64,000 nt of DNA from a virus. Shown piece by piece: positions 59,098 through 64,000 of the stretch. The translations under genes were made by a program, and so were the position numbers. Numbering within the stretch: position 1 is the first letter of the stretch; each line of letters opens with the position of its first letter. The notes beneath the pieces are model-generated. The model ran no database searches. It saw only the letters and a list, made by a program, of their open reading frames with translations, and was not told the origin of the DNA. The stretch covers positions 27,310 through 91,309 of the IMG/VR virus record IMGVR_UViG_3300047359_000671; one strand, 5' to 3'.

Positions 59098-60702
59098 ATG
59101 GCAGGTGAAGACCGTCAAAGCATAGGTAATAGGAAGCGTATCCTGGCGGATAGCGCAGGTGCTAAACATAGATTTGGATTTGAACAACAAGGCCAAGCCA
59201 ACGGTGTTGGCCGTTCAACCATTACTAAAGCGCCTAAAACTTCTGACCTATGGTTTGTCGAATTCAATCAAACAAGCAACGATAACGGTGTAAAACCACT
59301 AGATATATCAGCATTAGCAAGAGCAGTGTCTGGCATCTCAGTAGTGACAAGTACTATACCAGTCGACCAATATGGTAAGCGACTATATGTACCTACACGT
59401 GTAGACTTCCCAGAAGTAAGTATTACGATGTATGATACTGTTGATGGTACAATGTTTGACATGGCGGCAAGAATGTATGAAAGATTTTTCAAAAATAATA
59501 GTCTTGCACCGGCAGATGGAATGCAAGAAGGGTATCTTTCTGCACATAACCAATTATATGGTAGAAAAATGCCAGACAAAAGCACTGGTGAATACTATCA
59601 TCAAAGTTTTGAAAGTATTAAAGTCAATCACTTTTTTGGTAATCTTGATTCATCACAAGAAAATGAAGGCTTTGTGCAACAAATACAACTGATTAATCCA
59701 TTAGTTACAAATATAACATTTTCACCCAGTGATTATTCTTCATCAGAACCAAGAACAATAGAAATCACGGTACAGCCTGAAAATATAGTTTTTTATCCTA
59801 AAGATGATAATGTACAGTTTCCAAGTTGGATGTCACTTGGGCTAGACTACATGTTAGATGAACTTTCTCCAGTTACAACTAAAACTAAGGGAATGAATAA
59901 AGAAGAAGAACTATTTAATAAGTTACTAACAGAAATGCAGAACACTTCTAATTTCCCAGACGAGGATGGAGTTAAGGAGCAAGATAAACTTGATGAGATT
60001 AGAAAACTTAATCAACTCAGAAAGTTGTATAATAAGACACAAGAGTTATCAGGTGACAGAGAAGCCGCAAAAGCATTGTTACAAGAGTTAAGAAATGATA
60101 TCGGAACTATAAAAGCAAGTAACTTGATGTATGCAGAAGAAACTGAGCAGAATAGAGAAAGAACTAATAATAGTAAACAGGGAATGAGTATCGATTTAAG
60201 AGAAACAATGGCAGGAACTAGACCCTCTGCACAGGAAACAGGTAATTCTTATAAATCGACTATATTAAATCCGAATGTACCAGATTTTGCAGGCCTAGGT
60301 AGTGTTGATGGTGGAAGTCAAACTTATAGCCCAGCAAACTTCGGTTCAGCAGTTACAAACGAATTAGTTAGTGCATTTTTTAATGGAAGAAGTGTTAATT
60401 TTAGTAATATAACTAGAGATATCGGTCAAGGAATACTTGGTAATACAGGTATCGGTAATTTAACATCTCTAGGAAAAACATCTCAAAGTAAATTTGGTAT
60501 AGCAGGAGACCTCATTAGAGACGGTATAACAAATGGCCTTAGACAAACAAATACTAATGGAATAAACACAACAACAACACCTGCGTTTTCAAGTGAAGAC
60601 AGTCAGACATTAAATCAGACAAAATCATCAAATTCATCACCTGACAAAACGATGCAACAGAATAAAATTAGACTGTTAAATCAACAAAGGAGCCCAAGAT
60701 GA
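59098..60702 (+). CDS. Tail tube-like (gp19/gp54 paralog) protein with C-terminal extension
   Basis: DQYGKR.YV.TRV.F..V.ITMYD and L.NP.VT.I.F...DYS tube-fold motifs. Confidence 0.6.
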   Translation: MAGEDRQSIGNRKRILADSAGAKHRFGFEQQGQANGVGRSTITKAPKTSDLWFVEFNQTSNDNGVKPLDISALARAVSGISVVTSTIPVDQYGKRLYVPTRVDFPEVSITMYDTVDGTMFDMAARMYERFFKNNSLAPADGMQEGYLSAHNQLYGRKMPDKSTGEYYHQSFESIKVNHFFGNLDSSQENEGFVQQIQLINPLVTNITFSPSDYSSSEPRTIEITVQPENIVFYPKDDNVQFPSWMSLGLDYMLDELSPVTTKTKGMNKEEELFNKLLTEMQNTSNFPDEDGVKEQDKLDEIRKLNQLRKLYNKTQELSGDREAAKALLQELRNDIGTIKASNLMYAEETEQNRERTNNSKQGMSIDLRETMAGTRPSAQETGNSYKSTILNPNVPDFAGLGSVDGGSQTYSPANFGSAVTNELVSAFFNGRSVNFSNITRDIGQGILGNTGIGNLTSLGKTSQSKFGIAGDLIRDGITNGLRQTNTNGINTTTTPAFSSEDSQTLNQTKSSNSSPDKTMQQNKIRLLNQQRSPR

Positions 60703-60962
60703 AGATAGATTTACTTACTGCTAATCTAAAGAAAAAGGGCTTTACACAAGATAAGGCTGAAACGTATGCAATAGAAATTCAGAATATTGCAAAATCATTT
60801 GGTTTAAATCCGTATGATTTAGTTAACGAAGTGTCTGAAGACTTTTCATTTAATGATTTAGGAGCATTTGCTCTTAATAATGCATTGCGATTCGGTTATA
60901 AAACAGGCAAAGTAACGCCTTTAAAACCAAATAAGTATGTCGCAAGAGCAATTATTAAATGA
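60699..60962 (+). CDS. Hypothetical protein
   Basis: AAAGGAG RBS; translationally coupled on both sides. Confidence 0.7.
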   Translation: MKIDLLTANLKKKGFTQDKAETYAIEIQNIAKSFGLNPYDLVNEVSEDFSFNDLGAFALNNALRFGYKTGKVTPLKPNKYVARAIIK

Positions 60963-61417
60963 GAAAATTTCATCAAGGTAAATATACTGTAAAGAATCCC
61001 GCAAAGTACTCTGGTAGCGGTGAACCTACCTTTCGTAGTAGTTGGGAACATACATTCATGTGTTTCTGTGACGATAATCCTAATGTAATGGCATGGGCAA
61101 GTGAGCCAGTTAGAATTACATATCAACATCCACTAAATGGTAAGGTAACTAGTTATGTTCCTGATTTTGTCATTGTATATATGGATGCAAAAGGAAATAA
61201 AAACGCAGAATTGATAGAAATTAAACCAAGCAGACAATCAAATCCAAAATTAGCACGTGGTAGGGGTGAACAGGCTCAAGTTGCAGTAAATTATGCAAAA
61301 TGGGATGCGGCAACTCATTGGGCTAGAAAACGTGGTATGAAATTTAGAGTTTTAAATGAAGGCGACATTTACTCAAATACTAGAAAACAAAAAGAAGTCA
61401 AAAGACGTAAAAAATAA
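60959..61417 (+). CDS. gp4: Head completion nuclease (TnsA-like)
   Basis: G.Y..KNP.KY, RSSWE..FM, WASE, Y.PDF, IEIKP, N.AKW.AA. Confidence 0.92.
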   Translation: MRKFHQGKYTVKNPAKYSGSGEPTFRSSWEHTFMCFCDDNPNVMAWASEPVRITYQHPLNGKVTSYVPDFVIVYMDAKGNKNAELIEIKPSRQSNPKLARGRGEQAQVAVNYAKWDAATHWARKRGMKFRVLNEGDIYSNTRKQKEVKRRKK

Positions 61418-61419
61418 CA

Positions 61420-61509
61420 CACCTTAGGACCGATATAAGTTACTTATATCTAAGGTGAGGATGCCGTTATCCTTTAATCATATCGCTACTATGTTTACAA
61501 AAAACGGCA
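61420..61509 (+). ncRNA. Candidate structured RNA motif
   Basis: Two compound hairpins with a GGACC bulge and a TCGCTAC loop; no U-tract. Confidence 0.45.
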
Positions 61510-61537
61510 CTTTCCTATAGAGATAAATACGTATATA

Positions 61538-62266
61538 ATGATGAATGAAATAGAAAATATAGTTTCAGAGAAAACTATCGCTGTTATGTACGAACCTGGC
61601 GCTGGAGGAGACTTCATATGTACGCTATTGTCACTTATACCAAAAATATATGGAGATAATTTGAACATGGCACCAGAAAATGACGGTAGAGTCAAATCTA
61701 TGGTCAATAATAAGATAACAATACAGTTAAATGTACAAAAAGTGTTAGATGATTACAAGTTTTGGGAAAAGAAAGACTTACAGTCAGAAATATTAGATAA
61801 AATATTAGATATTGCAACACTTAAACAAGAAATAATCAATAATGATTCTTTATATATTTCTAAAATACATCCTTATATCTATGAAGATGCAGAAAACAGT
61901 TTAAAATTATTAAATCATTTAACACATAAATATTTTAAGAGTAAGAAAATACTTATAACTAGGGATAAAGAAATATGCAAGAAAAATCATATATTGAAAA
62001 ATGATTTCGATTATGATATAATTAACTATAATACTTTATCATATAGTAGAAAATGGTTCGATGATTTTAGTATTATAGACAAAGAATTCGATGTATATCA
62101 TTTTAATTTTTCTGATTTAGTAATTAATCCAATCAGAACATTTAATATGTTGATGAATTATTTGGAAATAGACATAGACACGATTGATAAACAGAAATTT
62201 AAACAATTATATCAGGAATATATACACAAGCAACAGTATATCGAACCTGGGAGGTATTGGAAATGA
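61538..62266 (+). CDS. Hypothetical protein, sulfotransferase-like/P-loop-like
   Basis: Y.PGAGGDFI, K.H and F.DL...P motifs; very AT-rich; late box at 61522. Confidence 0.45.
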   Translation: MMNEIENIVSEKTIAVMYEPGAGGDFICTLLSLIPKIYGDNLNMAPENDGRVKSMVNNKITIQLNVQKVLDDYKFWEKKDLQSEILDKILDIATLKQEIINNDSLYISKIHPYIYEDAENSLKLLNHLTHKYFKSKKILITRDKEICKKNHILKNDFDYDIINYNTLSYSRKWFDDFSIIDKEFDVYHFNFSDLVINPIRTFNMLMNYLEIDIDTIDKQKFKQLYQEYIHKQQYIEPGRYWK

Positions 62267-62778
62267 CAAAAAAACTTGAAGAAACATTTAATATTGCGCC
62301 TGAAGAAGCACCTGAAGAAGAAATTCAGGATGAAACTCCAACAATAGAGGAGTCAAAAGACCTTACAGAATTATTAAATGCAGATATTGAAATTGCAGAG
62401 AGAATTGATGATGCACTCCCAATGGTATCTGATTTAAATCAACATGATAGAGAGATGGACGATATTCATCAGAAAGCCTTAGATACATTTAAAGACTTAG
62501 TTGAATTAGGAATGAATGTAGAAGTACATGCTGGTGCCAAGTTACTTGAAACAGCAAATGCTATGTTAAAGACTGCAATGGAAGCCAAAGATAGCAAAGT
62601 AGATAGAAAATTAAAGATGATTAATTTACAATTACAGAAAGCAAAGTTAGATTTTTCTAAAGAAAAGAAAACTGGCGGAGATAATGAACTAGAAAGTGAT
62701 GGTTCAGTGACGTTAGATAGAAATGAACTATTAAAACGTATCCAAAATGCAGATAAATTAACAAAAAAAGATAAATAA
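62263..62778 (+). CDS. Probable terminase small subunit
   Basis: MTKKLEETF, F.DL..LGMNVE, DRNELL; GGAGGT RBS; helical. Confidence 0.55.
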   Translation: MTKKLEETFNIAPEEAPEEEIQDETPTIEESKDLTELLNADIEIAERIDDALPMVSDLNQHDREMDDIHQKALDTFKDLVELGMNVEVHAGAKLLETANAMLKTAMEAKDSKVDRKLKMINLQLQKAKLDFSKEKKTGGDNELESDGSVTLDRNELLKRIQNADKLTKKDK

Positions 62779-62802
62779 GAATAGAATGTATTGGAGATAC
62801 CA

Positions 62803-63399
62803 ATGAAAACTTTTAAACAATTTTTAACAGAGTCAACTAAAGAACATAAATTAACAATTCGTTTCGGTGCTGAACTTGATGAGGGAAGCGAGAACCGTAT
62901 TGAAAGATTTTTGGGAAAGTATGACCTAAAGGTGATGTCGAAAACATCAACTACCCCTATTACTAAAAGCCCAATGTTCTTTGAAGACGATGTAGAAAAT
63001 GTCAAAGTTTCAAAGATTGATATAACAACTGGGTATCCACTATCAGCAGATATTTTGCGCCAACAACTGAGCGATTTACTAATGATGCCGTTAACTCACG
63101 TTGCAGTACATCCTGAAGGATGGGAACCAACTGAAGAAGAAGAAAAAGAAGAAGGTAAAGCAGTTCTAGGAACTGAATATGGTGACGAATCAGATAATGG
63201 CAAGCATTATGGAAAAACTTTTGTAGATAAATTCTTAGATGAATTGACACCATCTGAGAATGAAAAGGTGGAAAACGTACTAAGTTTAACACCTGCACAA
63301 GATGAAGCACAAGAAGTCATGTCTAAGGACGACCAGTCAAGTGATTCTGTTATTTCGGGAAAAAATGAAATCCCAGACCCTATGGAGATAAAAAAATGA
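62803..63399 (+). CDS. Probable internal head protein with T4-like capsid-targeting sequence
   Basis: N-terminus MKTFKQFLTE; late box at 62770. Confidence 0.55.
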   Translation: MKTFKQFLTESTKEHKLTIRFGAELDEGSENRIERFLGKYDLKVMSKTSTTPITKSPMFFEDDVENVKVSKIDITTGYPLSADILRQQLSDLLMMPLTHVAVHPEGWEPTEEEEKEEGKAVLGTEYGDESDNGKHYGKTFVDKFLDELTPSENEKVENVLSLTPAQDEAQEVMSKDDQSSDSVISGKNEIPDPMEIKK

Positions 63400-64000
63400 A
63401 AAAACATTACAACCTAAATGTAACAGAAGACAACGGCGAGTCAGTTACAACTTCAAATACAAGCACGGAACATGCTTCTGAGATTTTACGTATTATGAAA
63501 TTAGCAGGTATTACACCTGAAGCAATCGAAGAACATGGCGAAGCAGAAATGCAATATACGCCAGCAAATGACGAACTAGATTTAGATGATTATTCTAAAA
63601 AGTCACCAGAAAGCATTGCAAAGCAAAAGAAATCAATTCAACCATCACATGGTGATAACCCGTTAGAGTATTCATTAGATGAAAACGAAATCTTTGAAAC
63701 ATTAATGGCTGAATTTAAATCAGAAATGTTAGAAGAAGGCACATGTCCAGAATGTGGCGGAAAGAAGCACAAATTAATGGCATGTAGTTCTTGCGGGTGC
63801 AGTGAATCTATTGAAGAAGAAGTAGTAAACGAACTTAATGTGCCTAACGATAAAGAAAAAGTTATAGCACAAATTCGAAAATTAGACAAAATGGCAGATG
63901 AAGCCAGAGCAAATGATGACCCTAACAAGGCAATGGCTATTGAACGTGGAAGTGAAATGACGGCACTATATAACAAGTTAGAAAAACTTGGTGGCGACCC
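63396..64000 (+). CDS. Acidic probable internal/prohead protein, truncated by window edge
   Basis: ATG 63396 overlaps the upstream stop; MKKHYNLNVTED...ILRIMKLAG...CPECGG...CSSCGC; open to the window end. Confidence 0.65.
   Translation, partial: MKKHYNLNVTEDNGESVTTSNTSTEHASEILRIMKLAGITPEAIEEHGEAEMQYTPANDELDLDDYSKKSPESIAKQKKSIQPSHGDNPLEYSLDENEIFETLMAEFKSEMLEEGTCPECGGKKHKLMACSSCGCSESIEEEVVNELNVPNDKEKVIAQIRKLDKMADEARANDDPNKAMAIERGSEMTALYNKLEKLGGD

Noticed and set aside
60959-61417. TnsA-like nuclease as a Tn7 transposon
   Set aside because: It is the T4 gp4 head completion protein in its usual structural context; no other tns genes or ends
1-64000. Alternative genetic code (stop codon reassignment)
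   Set aside because: Core genes are full length in code 11 and TAA, TAG and TGA all act as stops

Overview
AT-rich window from a large T4-like (jumbo-type) myophage, probably aquatic; it uses the standard genetic code. It holds most of the virion morphogenesis genes: baseplate (giant wedge protein truncated at the left edge, gp6, gp25, gp5-like spike, hub, gp53, gp54-like, gp26/gp51-like), tape measure, head (gp20, gp21, gp22, gp23), a five-gene array of modular fibre proteins, neck and tail (gp13, gp14, gp15, gp18, gp19), gp4 and a probable small terminase. It also encodes late sigma gp55, gp47/gp46, dNMP kinase and accessory genes (ClpP, SDR, PhyH-type dioxygenase, NUDIX, Hc1-like, SutA-like). 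The most striking non-annotated signals are: (1) a ~450-600 nt highly structured minus-strand non-coding element with upstream direct repeats, directly 5' of a small GIY-YIG-type nuclease gene (27850-28500); (2) a canonical -1 frameshift signal joining the gp26-like and gp51-like ORFs, as in lambda G/GT chaperones; (3) a stand-alone sigma70-driven sRNA with repeated CUCAAC/anti-SD loops; (4) a fixed-spacing palindromic operator on the three baseplate late promoters; (5) several smaller structured intergenic RNAs. Protein calls rest on motif recognition and synteny, not database searches.
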